Source: an uncultured bacterium
GTDB lineage: Bacteria; Bacteroidota; Ignavibacteria; UBA10030; BY39
DNA: 64,000 bases
Direction of reading: 5' to 3'
NCBI GenBank assembly: GCA_937967455.1
Contig: CALCJK010000018.1
Location: 70,293 to 134,292 of the forward strand
Shown: piece by piece, positions 10,197-20,702 of the stretch
Layout: each line of letters opens with the position of its first letter
Numbering within the stretch: the first letter of the stretch is position 1
Made by a program: the position numbers and the translations under genes
The notes under the pieces: generated by a model
Databases searched by the model: none
Told to the model about the DNA's origin: nothing
Seen by the model: only the letters and a program-made list of their open reading frames with translations

Positions 10197-11222
10197 TCAG
10201 AATTCCTGAATACTTAAATTAGCTTTTGCGTTTAGGTCAAATGAAGATCTAATTTTTCTCTCAAGTAACATCTCACCAACGAGAGCCACCATTGCTCCAT
10301 TATCTGTACAATATTCAAAATCTGGTATGAACACACGGATATTTTTTTCTTGCCCAATTTTTAAAAGTTGACGGCGGAGTTCAGAATTAGCTGATACACC
10401 ACCAGATACAGCAATATTTTTGACTTGAAATTTTTCTGCAGCCATAAAGGTTTTACTAATCAAAACCTCAACAATTGCTGCTTGAAAACTTGCGCAAAGA
10501 TTTTTCATCTCATCTTCAGGCATTTTTCTTTCGTACGATCCTGATAAATAATTTCTTTTCTTCAGCCAATATAAAACTGATGTTTTAATTCCACTGAAAC
10601 TAAATTCAAATCCTTCTTTATCAAGGTATGCTCTTGGAAATTTTACAAAATTCGGATCTCCTTCAGAAGCAAGTTTATCAATCTTTGGTCCACCTGGAAA
10701 ACCGAGACCAAGCATTTTAGCAACTTTATCATATGCTTCCCCAGCAGCATCATCAAGAGTTTCACCAAGTAATCTATGCTCAAGAGGTTTCTCAACATAC
10801 ACTAATTGAGTATGCCCACCAGAAACAATCAAGCAAATGAATGGATAATCAGGTTTATAATCACCCAAAAAGTTAGAATAAAGATGCGCATGCATATGGT
10901 TTACACCAACAAATGGAATTCTTAATTGATATGCGAGTGCTTTTGTAAAATTTAACCCAACCATTAAGGCACCAATAAGACCCGGACCATAAGTTACTGC
11001 CAGTCCTTCAATTTCACTTAAATTGGTGTTTGCCACCTGCAGTGCTTGTTCAACCACAGGAATAATCATTTTCTGGTGAGCACGTGAAGCCAATTCTGGA
11101 ACAACTCCACCATATTTTTGATGAATCATTTGTGAAGAAATAATATTTGATAGTATCTTACCATTGCTTAATACTGATGCAGATGTTTCGTCACAAGATG
11201 TTTCAATTCCAAGTATCTTCAT
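10197..11222 (-). CDS. tsaD: tRNA N6-adenosine threonylcarbamoyltransferase
   Basis: MKILGIETSCDETSASV...HMHAHLYSNFL...VSGGVSAN. The start is chosen at the conserved MKILGIE, inside track ORF 10197..11258. Confidence 0.85.
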   Translation of the reverse strand: MKILGIETSCDETSASVLSNGKILSNIISSQMIHQKYGGVVPELASRAHQKMIIPVVEQALQVANTNLSEIEGLAVTYGPGLIGALMVGLNFTKALAYQLRIPFVGVNHMHAHLYSNFLGDYKPDYPFICLIVSGGHTQLVYVEKPLEHRLLGETLDDAAGEAYDKVAKMLGLGFPGGPKIDKLASEGDPNFVKFPRAYLDKEGFEFSFSGIKTSVLYWLKKRNYLSGSYERKMPEDEMKNLCASFQAAIVEVLISKTFMAAEKFQVKNIAVSGGVSANSELRRQLLKIGQEKNIRVFIPDFEYCTDNGAMVALVGEMLLERKIRSSFDLNAKANLSIQEF

Positions 11223-11303
11223 ATACATAAAATAAGCAATTTTTGTATATACTTGCAACCTATTTTAAATTTTTTTATTTTATATAAAAATTTGGGAAAA
11301 TTT

Positions 11304-11750
11304 ATGAAAAAAATGTTATTCATCATTTTGTTATTATTATCCTTAAATGTCTATTCACAAAATAAAGGTTTCGGCGTCGGTATAATCATTGGTGAACCAA
11401 CCGGTATCAGCCTGAAGAATTGGTTGAATACAACCAATGCAATCGATGCGGGCTTTTCATGGACATTATACAAACCAGCTCTTCACTTACATGTCGATTA
11501 CCTATGGCATTCATATAATGTGTTTAATACTAAAGAACGCATACCACTATATTACGGAATCGGTGGAAGAATAAAATTTGCGGGCAAAGATGATGCGCGA
11601 ATTGGAGTAAGGGGTGTGATAGGAATAGATTTCTTTTTGCGAAATACACCAATAGACATTTTTATGGAAATAGCACCAATCTTTGATTTAATCCCCTCCA
11701 CATCAATTAGCGGAAATGGTGGTTTAGGAATAAGATACTTTTTTAATTAA
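11304..11750 (+). CDS. small outer-membrane beta-barrel-like protein (hypothetical)
   Basis: Signal peptide MKKMLFIILLLLSLNVYSQ with alternating hydrophobic strands and a C-terminal aromatic (..GIRYFFN). The track ORF starts earlier at 11253. Confidence 0.4.
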   Translation: MKKMLFIILLLLSLNVYSQNKGFGVGIIIGEPTGISLKNWLNTTNAIDAGFSWTLYKPALHLHVDYLWHSYNVFNTKERIPLYYGIGGRIKFAGKDDARIGVRGVIGIDFFLRNTPIDIFMEIAPIFDLIPSTSISGNGGLGIRYFFN

Positions 11751-11755
11751 AATTC

Positions 11756-13795
11756 CTATTTTATGAAACGTTTTAACCAATCGTAAAATTCTTTATACCA
11801 ATAAATCGAATTCTGAGGCGTAAGAATCCAATGATTCTCATCTACGAAATAAACCAGACGAGCAGGAATTCCTTTGCCTTTCAACACTCCATAACATTCT
11901 AAAGCGTGATTTACAGGAACACGATAGTCCTTCTCACCATGAATTACCAGCATCGGAGTTTTAAAATTCTCTGCATACTCTGCGGGGCTCCACTTCTGCA
12001 CACTCTGTTTGTTATACCAGGGGGATCCACCATACGAACGATCTCTACCATATGTAACATCAGATGCAAACTGTGCCATTAAATTATAAACACCAGCATG
12101 ATTAATTAAGGCTGCAAACCGATCTGTATGACCTGCTATCCAGCTTACCAGATAACCACCATAACTTCCACCAGCTGCTGCCATTCGTTTTTCATCAATG
12201 AAACCCAAATTAATTAAATAATCAGTGGCTTTCATTATATCCTCGAATGGTTTTTCAGGATGTGCTCCATTTATACAATCAGCAAAGTATTGACCGAAAC
12301 TTGTAGAACCGTGAAAATTTACAAGAGCAACTATATAACCTGGAGCAGCAAACAACTGTGGATTCCATCTGAAATGAAAATCATCACCAGAAATGCTGTG
12401 TGGACCCCCATGAATTATTTGTAACAATGGCCACTTTTTAGATTCATCAAAATTAGGAGGGAAAAGAACATACATCTGAACTGAATCATCATCTGCACCT
12501 TTAAAATAATATTCCTTTGCCTTAGCCATAGCAATTTGACTCAGCAAACTGTCATTAAATGAGCTAAGTTTTTTTACATTTTTCCCATCCATACTTGCAA
12601 TAAAAACTTCATTCGGATACATAAAAGATTGATTTAGAAATACAACCTTACCGCCTTTTAATGGGTGAGGCAAATTACTCGTTCCCATTCTAACAATTTC
12701 TTTTAAATTCTTTCCATCAATGTCTATTCTGAAGATTGATTTCTTAGCACGATCTTCAACTGCGAAAATTATAGTTTTATCATCAAACGAAAGTTTCCAT
12801 TGCTCTGGTGAGCGGTCATAACTTTCATCAGTGATTTGAATTTTAGTCCCCGAATTTCGATCATATTTAATTAATCTAACCTTATCAGCATAAAAGTCTC
12901 TGATCTTTTGCATTCCATAAATCAAATACTTTCCGTTGTTTGAGTATCTGGGACCGAAATCACTGGCAATATTTTCCTTTGTAATGTTAACAAGCTTTCC
13001 TGAACCATCGGTTGGAACTATAAATATATCCATATTTAATGAATCATAAGGTGAATCTGTAGAATTAGCTGCAAAAGCAATTTCTTTACCATCTGGGGAT
13101 ATGTCAAAATCGGCACCTTCCATCAAATCAAAATAATTTTTCCAGTTAGGTAGCAAATCAATTATTTTTTTAGTTTCGAGATCTATCATAAATAATCTCG
13201 GATAATTACCATCAGTTAACCACCTATCCCAGTAACGAATTAATCTATCTTCAGATACTTTTGCCGTCACTTTACTTTTTTTCTTTTGCTCGATTACTTT
13301 TTTCATTGAATCCAGATTATTAGCTAATTCAGGAATTATATTTGCTGCAAAAGCAATTCTTTTTCCATCGGGAAACCATTTGGGATTTGAAACTCCAAGC
13401 GGCATATCTGCAATCTTTACTGCTTCACCACCACTAATTGAAATTACATATAGTTGTGAATAGTCACCTTCTCTTTTCGAAACAAATGCTATACTCTTAC
13501 CATCAGGACTCCATGCAGGTGATCCGTCCATAGCTTTGGCAGTAGTTAGCTGCTGAATATATCCTGATTGATTATCTAATATATAAATATTTGATACTCC
13601 TTTATTCTCCTCTATGTTATATGACGTAACTGTAAATGCAGAAAATTTTCCATCTCTTGATACTGTTAATGCTGAGACACGTTTTAAATTCCACAAATCC
13701 TGTGGTGTTAAAGGTTTTTTACTAATCTGTGCTAATGAAAAATTCAAATTGATTATAATTATAAAACCAATTATCAACAACTTTTTTAAAAACAT
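11756..13795 (-). CDS. S9 family serine peptidase (prolyl oligopeptidase/dipeptidyl aminopeptidase) with N-terminal beta-propeller
   Basis: 679 aa with a signal peptide and TolB-like propeller repeats. The catalytic domain carries GGSYGGY (GxSxGG nucleophile elbow), then D and H further downstream. Confidence 0.8.
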   Translation of the reverse strand: MFLKKLLIIGFIIIINLNFSLAQISKKPLTPQDLWNLKRVSALTVSRDGKFSAFTVTSYNIEENKGVSNIYILDNQSGYIQQLTTAKAMDGSPAWSPDGKSIAFVSKREGDYSQLYVISISGGEAVKIADMPLGVSNPKWFPDGKRIAFAANIIPELANNLDSMKKVIEQKKKSKVTAKVSEDRLIRYWDRWLTDGNYPRLFMIDLETKKIIDLLPNWKNYFDLMEGADFDISPDGKEIAFAANSTDSPYDSLNMDIFIVPTDGSGKLVNITKENIASDFGPRYSNNGKYLIYGMQKIRDFYADKVRLIKYDRNSGTKIQITDESYDRSPEQWKLSFDDKTIIFAVEDRAKKSIFRIDIDGKNLKEIVRMGTSNLPHPLKGGKVVFLNQSFMYPNEVFIASMDGKNVKKLSSFNDSLLSQIAMAKAKEYYFKGADDDSVQMYVLFPPNFDESKKWPLLQIIHGGPHSISGDDFHFRWNPQLFAAPGYIVALVNFHGSTSFGQYFADCINGAHPEKPFEDIMKATDYLINLGFIDEKRMAAAGGSYGGYLVSWIAGHTDRFAALINHAGVYNLMAQFASDVTYGRDRSYGGSPWYNKQSVQKWSPAEYAENFKTPMLVIHGEKDYRVPVNHALECYGVLKGKGIPARLVYFVDENHWILTPQNSIYWYKEFYDWLKRFIK

Positions 13796-13900
13796 ATGTA
13801 ACTCCTTTGCTAATATTTATAAAAGCTTTTAAAGATTTTTATTTTTAACTTTTGAAAAATAATATGATTGATAAATATGACTACTTTGAAAACTTGGGGT

Positions 13901-14809
13901 TTATTCTGATGCTTCTTGTTTAAAAGCTGATTCAATTATTTTTCCTGTTACATAAGGCATTTCAAATTTTAACATTCGTGAAATCGTTGGAGCAACATCT
14001 ATTTGCTCATAAATAGTTGTATCTACGGCTCCAACTGGTGTATCAGGTCCAATTATAAGCAAACTTACATGTCTGCAACCTTCACAGTCATCACCATGAT
14101 CGTGAAAACCGGTCTTTACGCTATCAAGATGTCTGCCGTGATCATTTGTTATAAAAAGAGTAGTTTTATTCTTATAAATAGAATCATTCTGGATAAAAGT
14201 CCAGAGTTCTCCCATTAAACTATCTGCAGTTTTTATTTTTGATGTATAACTTACGAAATCTTCATCGTGAGCAGCTATATCCACACCAGCAAAATTAGCA
14301 ACTAAAATTTTGGGGTGATACTTTGTAACGACTTCTTTTATATTTTCTAAAGTTTTGCAATCATCTTCTTCTTTTTCAGAATACTTAATGGAAGCTGAAA
14401 ACTCCGGTCCATAATCAGGATGTAAACTATGTGACAACACATCAAGTTTACTTTTACCAAGGACTACATAACAAGCATTTGCAGAAGTATCTACTTGTTT
14501 GCGGTAACATTCAAAGAGGGTTGGCATCGATGGTCTCTCTGAGCCATCATTTTTTATTGATTGCCATGTTCCTGTTAAAATACTTGAATGACCTGAATTT
14601 GTTTTCGTTGTACCATTATTGTAGAATGAGCTATAAAAAGTACCAAGCGGTTTTAAAATATTCCACATAACTGGAATGTATGTATGAGTAGAGTCACCAA
14701 AAGTTTCTGAATATCTTGGACCATCAATAACTACAATAAAAACATTTTCAGTAAATTGAGAAAATGTGTTAATTGCAAAAACTAGTATTAAAAAAACATA
14801 TTTAATCAT
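13901..14809 (-). CDS. alkaline-phosphatase-superfamily metalloenzyme (phosphodiesterase/sulfatase-like), secreted
   Basis: Start placed at the signal peptide MIKYVFLILVFAINTFSQ. Motifs VIDGPRYSETFGD and HDHGDD...GxHxx are characteristic of the AP superfamily. Confidence 0.5.
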   Translation of the reverse strand: MIKYVFLILVFAINTFSQFTENVFIVVIDGPRYSETFGDSTHTYIPVMWNILKPLGTFYSSFYNNGTTKTNSGHSSILTGTWQSIKNDGSERPSMPTLFECYRKQVDTSANACYVVLGKSKLDVLSHSLHPDYGPEFSASIKYSEKEEDDCKTLENIKEVVTKYHPKILVANFAGVDIAAHDEDFVSYTSKIKTADSLMGELWTFIQNDSIYKNKTTLFITNDHGRHLDSVKTGFHDHGDDCEGCRHVSLLIIGPDTPVGAVDTTIYEQIDVAPTISRMLKFEMPYVTGKIIESAFKQEASE

Positions 14810-14979
14810 AAAATTTAATTTAAAATTGATAAACTTTATATTTTTTGTAAAATAATGAATATCCAAACCATTTCAAAAAAAAATCAAACAATAAAAATTC
14901 TTTATTTTTATTAAAATTTTTAGAAAAACTCATAACTCGACGGAGAATAAAAAATTAAATCCGAAATTTAATGTTCTAC

Positions 14980-15008
14980 TTGACAATAATTTCCTTATTT
15001 ACTATATT
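14980..15008 (+). promoter_or_regulatory. sigma70-like promoter upstream of multiheme cytochrome (TTGACA-17-TATATT)
   Basis: TTGACA at 14980-14985, a 17-nt spacer, and TATATT at 15003-15008. A strong RBS (AAGGAGG, 15061-15067) precedes ATG 15072. Confidence 0.4.
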
Positions 15009-15071
15009 GCATATAAGTTATTTGATTAATTAATTATAAAAAAATATTCAAAATAACAAAAAGGAGGGTGT

Positions 15072-16619
15072 ATGCGACATATTTTAATTTTTGTATTCAT
15101 CTTAATGATGTGTAGTTTGACTTTTTCTCAAGACTTATGGCCAGATTACGCAGGAAAACAAGCTTGTTTTGGTTGTCATATAAGCATTAAGCCGATAGAT
15201 TTAGCAGAGTTCAATAGGTCAGGCCATCCATGGAAAATTATACGTGTTGATAGTACAAAAGTTGATGTCGATGGTGTGTTTAAACCGTTTCCATCTGGAA
15301 CTAACGAGCTAGGAGTACCACTTGCCCCAGAGGCATTAGCACTTGGTTATCGTTATGATGAGCTATATCAGGATTCAAGTGTATCTTTTATGTTAGGAGG
15401 ATATGGATGGAAGGCACGCTGGATGAATAAAGATGGATATATTTTTGAAGGTACTAAAGCTCAATATAATCTTGGCACAATTCATCCTGATATGCGTGGA
15501 CATTCTTCTTATAATGCATCGCAGGTCGGGAATGCACCATTTGCTTTGCGTACACCAGTAGGAGCAATATACACATGCGGAAATTGCCATACTACTGGAT
15601 GGAAAAAATACGATCCTGTAAATTCTCCTTATCGCTTCGAGGATAGGCCAGGCTTCGACGGAACATTCTTCGAATTTGGTGTACAATGTGAAGGTTGCCA
15701 TGGTCCTGCAAAGGCTCATACTCAAAATCCAGCATCAATCAAACCACCGAAAGATGGGTTCAATATGTGTAAATCGTGTCATGCAAGGGGATTAGGTTTA
15801 CGAATACCAGTTAAGTCAGATAAACAATTTCTGGATCATCGTGAACAATATGATCAAATGTTATTTACAAAACACCGTCGTAGTGCATCTATGACTTGTG
15901 TAACCTGCCACGATCCACATAAGAGTACAGTCTATGATCTTGGTGGTTTAAAGTCGACTGCAAAAACTTGCCAACCATGCCACCAGAATAAACAAATAAG
16001 AATAATTAAAGACGGTGTAGAAATTCAACATAATGAATGTAGAGATTGCCATATGCCATACACTGGTCTTACTGCTGTAAAACAGAATAACAATCGTGGC
16101 GATTTGTCAAGTCATATATGGAAAATAAACACAAATCCGGTAACAAAACACGAAGCTATGTTTGATACAGTTAGTTTAAATGTAATTATCCCGCCAGATT
16201 CGATAGTATCCCATACACTTGACTTTGCATGTTTAGGTTGCCATACAACTCGCAATGTTACCTGGGCATCTGGTCATGCAACTGATATACACAACAAGAT
16301 AATAAGCATAACAAGTGTTACATCCAATAAGCAGATACCAAGCGCCTATTATCTTAAACAAAATTATCCTAATCCTTTTAATTCAAATACCACAATTTCG
16401 TTCGGATTACCTTCCGACGACAATGTAAGAATTGTAGTTTTCAATTCAACTGGCGAAATGGTACGAACACTGATTAATGGTAGATTCGAAGCTGGTACTC
16501 ATATCGTACAATGGGATGGTTTAGACGATGCCGGAAAGCCCGTAAGCAGTGGTGTATATCTATATAAGCTTGAAACAGATAATTATTTAGTTTCGAAAAA
16601 AATGATATTAATGAAATAA
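15072..16619 (+). CDS. octaheme c-type cytochrome with T9SS C-terminal sorting domain
   Basis: Signal peptide followed by eight CxxCH motifs (CFGCH, CGNCH, CEGCH, CKSCH, CVTCH, CQPCH, CRDCH, CLGCH). C-terminal QNYPNPFNSNTTISF...GVYLYKLETDNYLVSKKMILMK. Confidence 0.85.
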   Translation: MRHILIFVFILMMCSLTFSQDLWPDYAGKQACFGCHISIKPIDLAEFNRSGHPWKIIRVDSTKVDVDGVFKPFPSGTNELGVPLAPEALALGYRYDELYQDSSVSFMLGGYGWKARWMNKDGYIFEGTKAQYNLGTIHPDMRGHSSYNASQVGNAPFALRTPVGAIYTCGNCHTTGWKKYDPVNSPYRFEDRPGFDGTFFEFGVQCEGCHGPAKAHTQNPASIKPPKDGFNMCKSCHARGLGLRIPVKSDKQFLDHREQYDQMLFTKHRRSASMTCVTCHDPHKSTVYDLGGLKSTAKTCQPCHQNKQIRIIKDGVEIQHNECRDCHMPYTGLTAVKQNNNRGDLSSHIWKINTNPVTKHEAMFDTVSLNVIIPPDSIVSHTLDFACLGCHTTRNVTWASGHATDIHNKIISITSVTSNKQIPSAYYLKQNYPNPFNSNTTISFGLPSDDNVRIVVFNSTGEMVRTLINGRFEAGTHIVQWDGLDDAGKPVSSGVYLYKLETDNYLVSKKMILMK

Positions 16620-16645
16620 AATTATATTCTATAAGTAATATCATA

Positions 16646-16677
16646 AGCCGGTCTGATAAACCAGATCGGCTTTTTTA
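16646..16677 (+). terminator. rho-independent terminator after cytochrome gene
   Basis: AAGCCGGTCTG-ATAAA-CCAGATCGGC hairpin followed by TTTTTTATT. Confidence 0.6.
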
Positions 16678-16944
16678 TTAACATCCCTAAAACATAAATA
16701 GCGTACTTATCCTCAATTATAATTTCATACAAATAATTGAAAATATTTATTTCACAATGAAAGTTGTTCAGGTAACAATCTGTCAACTTATTACTTCTAC
16801 TTAAAAAGTGGTTATGTAGATATAAATCTTGCCGAGCTAAGAACTTAAAAAACGAAGAAAAAATATCAGCTTGAGCATTTGTTACAGAATAAAGTCAGGA
16901 AAATAAAAGTTTCATAAAACCTCAATTGTAAATTGTTAGCAGTC

Positions 16945-17790
16945 TCATTTTATTAAGATCATTTTTCCAGTTAAAATGTTATCCCCAACTCTTTCAGATA
17001 TGGTTTTAAGTCTATAAAAATAAATACCACTGGTTAATTTTGTTCCATCGAATTCCACTCGATACAATTTACCAGGATTTGTTCTACCTATGAATAAAGT
17101 CGAAATTTCAATCCCTAAAATATTGTATATTTTGAGTGTTGTAAAACCATCTTTAGCAATAGAAAACAAGATATCTGTTTTAGAATTGAAAGGATTTGGA
17201 TAGTTTTGTAGTAAAATGAAATCTGAATGTTGAGAAATGGAATTCTCGCTTACAGTTATCGGTTGAATTATTATTGTATCAACAGACATTGCTATACATA
17301 GTCCTGCACATTCACCAGAATCACCTCTTATCGCAATATAATGTTTTCGTAAGAAGAATAATCTCCATTTAAGATAATATATTTGAAATTAGGATTGTGT
17401 CTATACTTCATGTCTAACTCAAAAACTGTTCCACACATACATATCATAGGAATGTTTTTTACATAACCTTGAACTACAACTTAAATCGAATGTACACGAA
17501 AAACCGGACAGCCTTCAACGCAAATATCCCAATAACCTATTATCTCAACATGGAAATTGCTGTATGCAACAAAATCTATTTCGGAGTAATCTTTTGCTAA
17601 TTCAATATATCTTTTTTCTGGATCAATTCTATCAACTGAATCTAATTCAAATTTGATTCCACACATACAGAATGAACCTAAATCAGGTCTGATAAATCCT
17701 TGGATAGTATCCTGTACTCCTTGTGAGTAGGATTGTTGAAAGTTAAATGAGAGGATAGATAATAAAAAAATAAAAGAGATAATATTTTCA
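16945..17790 (-). pseudogene. fragmented small T9SS cargo gene (signal peptide, CMCGxxFELD repeats, T9SS CTD) split across three frames
   Basis: Four pieces in three frames. Piece 1 is MKILSLLFFYYLSS..* (signal peptide). Piece 2 is ..FCMCGIKFELDSVDRIDPEKRYIELAKDYS...CVEGCPVFRVHSI* (track ORF 17481..17666). Piece 3 is ..CMCGTVFELDMKYRHNPNFKYIILNGDYSS..*. Piece 4 is ..GDSGECAGLCIAMSVDT...QNYPNPFNS...GIYFYRLKT...GKMILIK (track ORF 16945..17289). Confidence 0.45.
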
Positions 17791-17802
17791 TAATCTACTC
17801 CT

Positions 17803-20355
17803 TTATTTTACCAAAATCATTTTACCACTTAACCAATTATTGCCTACTTGTAGTTTGTAAATATACACACCACTTGCAACAGCTTTGTTGTTATCATCAG
17901 TCCCATCCCAACGAGTTAAATAATTATTTGCAGGTAAGTTACCATTTAACAACTTTCTTACCAAACGTCCGTGTATATCGTAAACATTAAGTCTAACGTC
18001 CGAATAAGCTAAATTTGCATGAATCGTAAAGGATATAATTGTAGATGAGTTGAATGGGTTTGGATAATTTTGATGCAGAACAAACTGATCAGGATTTTTA
18101 TTCGGTTTAGTGTTTAATGAAGTAAATAAATTCAGACCCAGCCCTTTAGAATTCCCGGTACTATCAGCTAAATATAAATTCACAAACGATGGTCTGTTGG
18201 ATTGCATTAAATAAGTCGACTTCCATTCTTCATCCGATAGTCGCAGGAAGTTTGTTGAAACATACTCATGATAACTCATTACCGGCCCAACAAAAGCCAC
18301 ACTGCCAACGGTTGGAAGATTGGCAACAAAAACGCCTAAATTTATTAAACCGGTCCCAGAGTGTAACACCCATCCCACAAAATTTCCATAAGCATCAGTT
18401 GGGGCTGTGTGTAAATCGGCAACTATCAAATCTTCTTTCTCAAATCCTTCGTTCCCAGTGTAATACAGTCTATAATACCAGCCCTCAATTTCCAGCCCGC
18501 AGATTTGCTGAGTAAAGAGCATTCGCTTTAAGAATGATTTTTCTGCATTAGTGAGTTGTGTATTATTTAATTCTTTTTGAGCGATTATTCCTAAAGTATC
18601 CACAACGCCCTCAAAGTATGTAAAGTAGTTAATAATCTTTGTTTTAGTGTAACTGTCGGGAAAATTGATAAGGTTGAATTTGTTTTTAGCAATTTTTGCT
18701 AAATTCTTCAATGCGTCGTAAAAAGCAGGAAAAGGCTCAACATAACTATAAGGATATGAACATCTGATTCCGCCGGTGTAGGATTGCTTTGCATAAAGCA
18801 GAACGTCGTGCCTTAGCTGAGCCCACGAAGCAAGTTGTGTATTCATCTTTTCTTGCCACCAAGCTGCAGTTTGCATAAAAGGTGGTAGGTTATCTCTCTC
18901 AAGTGGTGGATTCAGTTTACGTATGGAATTTAGCCAGAGATTAAATAAACTCACACTCCAGAAATCGGAGCCGTATGAATCTATAAGGTATCGCAGTGCA
19001 GCGAGATTGGTCCCGTAGTGATACTGTTCTAACTCGTCCTTCAAAAGCTGTGCGGATGCATTGTTACCGAGAGCAAAAAGGACATCCAATGTGGATGGAA
19101 GTATACGCGGGACTCTGAATCCGTTATAATTAATTCTGTCGAATACAACCTGACCCATAACGTAGGAATCGATGATGAATCTTTGTCCGAGAAGTAAAAA
19201 AGCCGAGGCAGGCACGATGCTATCTGGATTCATAGGGTCGTTATACAGTATCTGCGATAAAATCCGCTGTAACGCGTACGACTTTGTTTTTAATGTGTCC
19301 TGAAATTTCTGAAGTATCTCGTTATCCAAAAGTTGATTTGCGTACGAAATATTTGCTGCGGTTACAAGCTGTTGTATATTTTCGATAGTAACGTTATCAG
19401 ATTCGCCAACAAAAAATTTTATTATCTCATCAATCTCTCCGATAATTGGGAGGGCGTTAGCCAATTTAGCAGCTTCCAAAATTAATACAGCATCAATCGT
19501 CTGTCTTTTGATATCTTCCAATGGAATTCCTGTATCAATTGATTTTGGTGGAAGAAGATATATTTCTGTTCTTCCTAACCACATCATTGCTTTGAAATAT
19601 TTTGCAAGCTCAGGATAGTCGTGATTAGTATAATGCCCGCGCACATTAAATTGACTGAAATCTAATGTTCGGTATTCGCTTGAAAAAAGTGGGTATTTTA
19701 CAACTTGTTCATTTTGTATTAAACTCATTAATTGATTTACGATTGTAGTATTCTCATCGTAATATGGAATTACATCATGTCCTAACAATAAGCGAGGGAT
19801 TGTTAAATATACATCAACATCCTTCAGCGATTGTATCATAGCGTTATCTGCTGCGTAGCGTGTTGCAAGAGCTGGAATTTGTGAGTGCAGTTTTGTAAGT
19901 AATTCGCTTAATTTTGGTACAAGAATTTGGCGCTCAACATCTATGAGAATATTATCGTACGACATATGTAAGGCATGCAAGATAGCATCTGTAGAAATGA
20001 AAACCGGTAAATCCTTATGCCAAATATCGAGAAATGCATTACCAAATGTGTTTTTACTTAACCGCTCACTCACCATAAAACCATGGTTATCTATGAGCGA
20101 TTGCTCGTAGCTTGTTAGATTATATTTTAGTATAATGCTATCGAGATAAAGAGGCGATTGATTTTGTGAAATTTTAAGAGCAAAACTATCAGCGGGATGC
20201 ATATCGAGCAATTGACTGGCTGTTAAATTCTTATGACTAGTTAGGAACTGCTTGTATGCGGTGAGATCGAAGTTATCAGCTTGTGCCTGGAGACAAGTAA
20301 TCAATCCAGCTTCACTCAATAGGATAAGCCCTATGATAAAATAAATTTTTTTCAT
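17803..20355 (-). CDS. large secreted protein of unknown function with T9SS C-terminal sorting domain
   Basis: 850 aa with signal peptide MKKIYFIIGLILLSEAGLITCLQAQA. C-terminal FVLHQNYPNPFNSSTIISF...GVYIYKLQVGNNWLSGKMILVK. Confidence 0.7.
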   Translation of the reverse strand: MKKIYFIIGLILLSEAGLITCLQAQADNFDLTAYKQFLTSHKNLTASQLLDMHPADSFALKISQNQSPLYLDSIILKYNLTSYEQSLIDNHGFMVSERLSKNTFGNAFLDIWHKDLPVFISTDAILHALHMSYDNILIDVERQILVPKLSELLTKLHSQIPALATRYAADNAMIQSLKDVDVYLTIPRLLLGHDVIPYYDENTTIVNQLMSLIQNEQVVKYPLFSSEYRTLDFSQFNVRGHYTNHDYPELAKYFKAMMWLGRTEIYLLPPKSIDTGIPLEDIKRQTIDAVLILEAAKLANALPIIGEIDEIIKFFVGESDNVTIENIQQLVTAANISYANQLLDNEILQKFQDTLKTKSYALQRILSQILYNDPMNPDSIVPASAFLLLGQRFIIDSYVMGQVVFDRINYNGFRVPRILPSTLDVLFALGNNASAQLLKDELEQYHYGTNLAALRYLIDSYGSDFWSVSLFNLWLNSIRKLNPPLERDNLPPFMQTAAWWQEKMNTQLASWAQLRHDVLLYAKQSYTGGIRCSYPYSYVEPFPAFYDALKNLAKIAKNKFNLINFPDSYTKTKIINYFTYFEGVVDTLGIIAQKELNNTQLTNAEKSFLKRMLFTQQICGLEIEGWYYRLYYTGNEGFEKEDLIVADLHTAPTDAYGNFVGWVLHSGTGLINLGVFVANLPTVGSVAFVGPVMSYHEYVSTNFLRLSDEEWKSTYLMQSNRPSFVNLYLADSTGNSKGLGLNLFTSLNTKPNKNPDQFVLHQNYPNPFNSSTIISFTIHANLAYSDVRLNVYDIHGRLVRKLLNGNLPANNYLTRWDGTDDNNKAVASGVYIYKLQVGNNWLSGKMILVK

Positions 20356-20702
20356 ATAACCTCCTAATCTTTGATTTTAATATAAGGGAATAAATTTTTA
20401 AAGTCAAATTATAAATGCACAGAGATATTTACTCTTGCTAATTCTCTCAATTTTCCTTATTTTTAAGCCCTATTTCATCAAATTTTTCCAAAAGGTACAC
20501 ATTAATTAAGAAAAATTTATAGTGTCAAAATACATAGGATGAATTTACGATTTGCTTATACATGGATAAAATCAAGTACAAATAAAAAATTAGTAATACT
20601 TTAATTCCTTGATTATGAACACTTTTTTCACTATATTTTAAATGATTTTTTTATAAATTTGCTAATTTGAGTTGTTTTTTTGAAATTTTAGGTAATCAAA
20701 AA

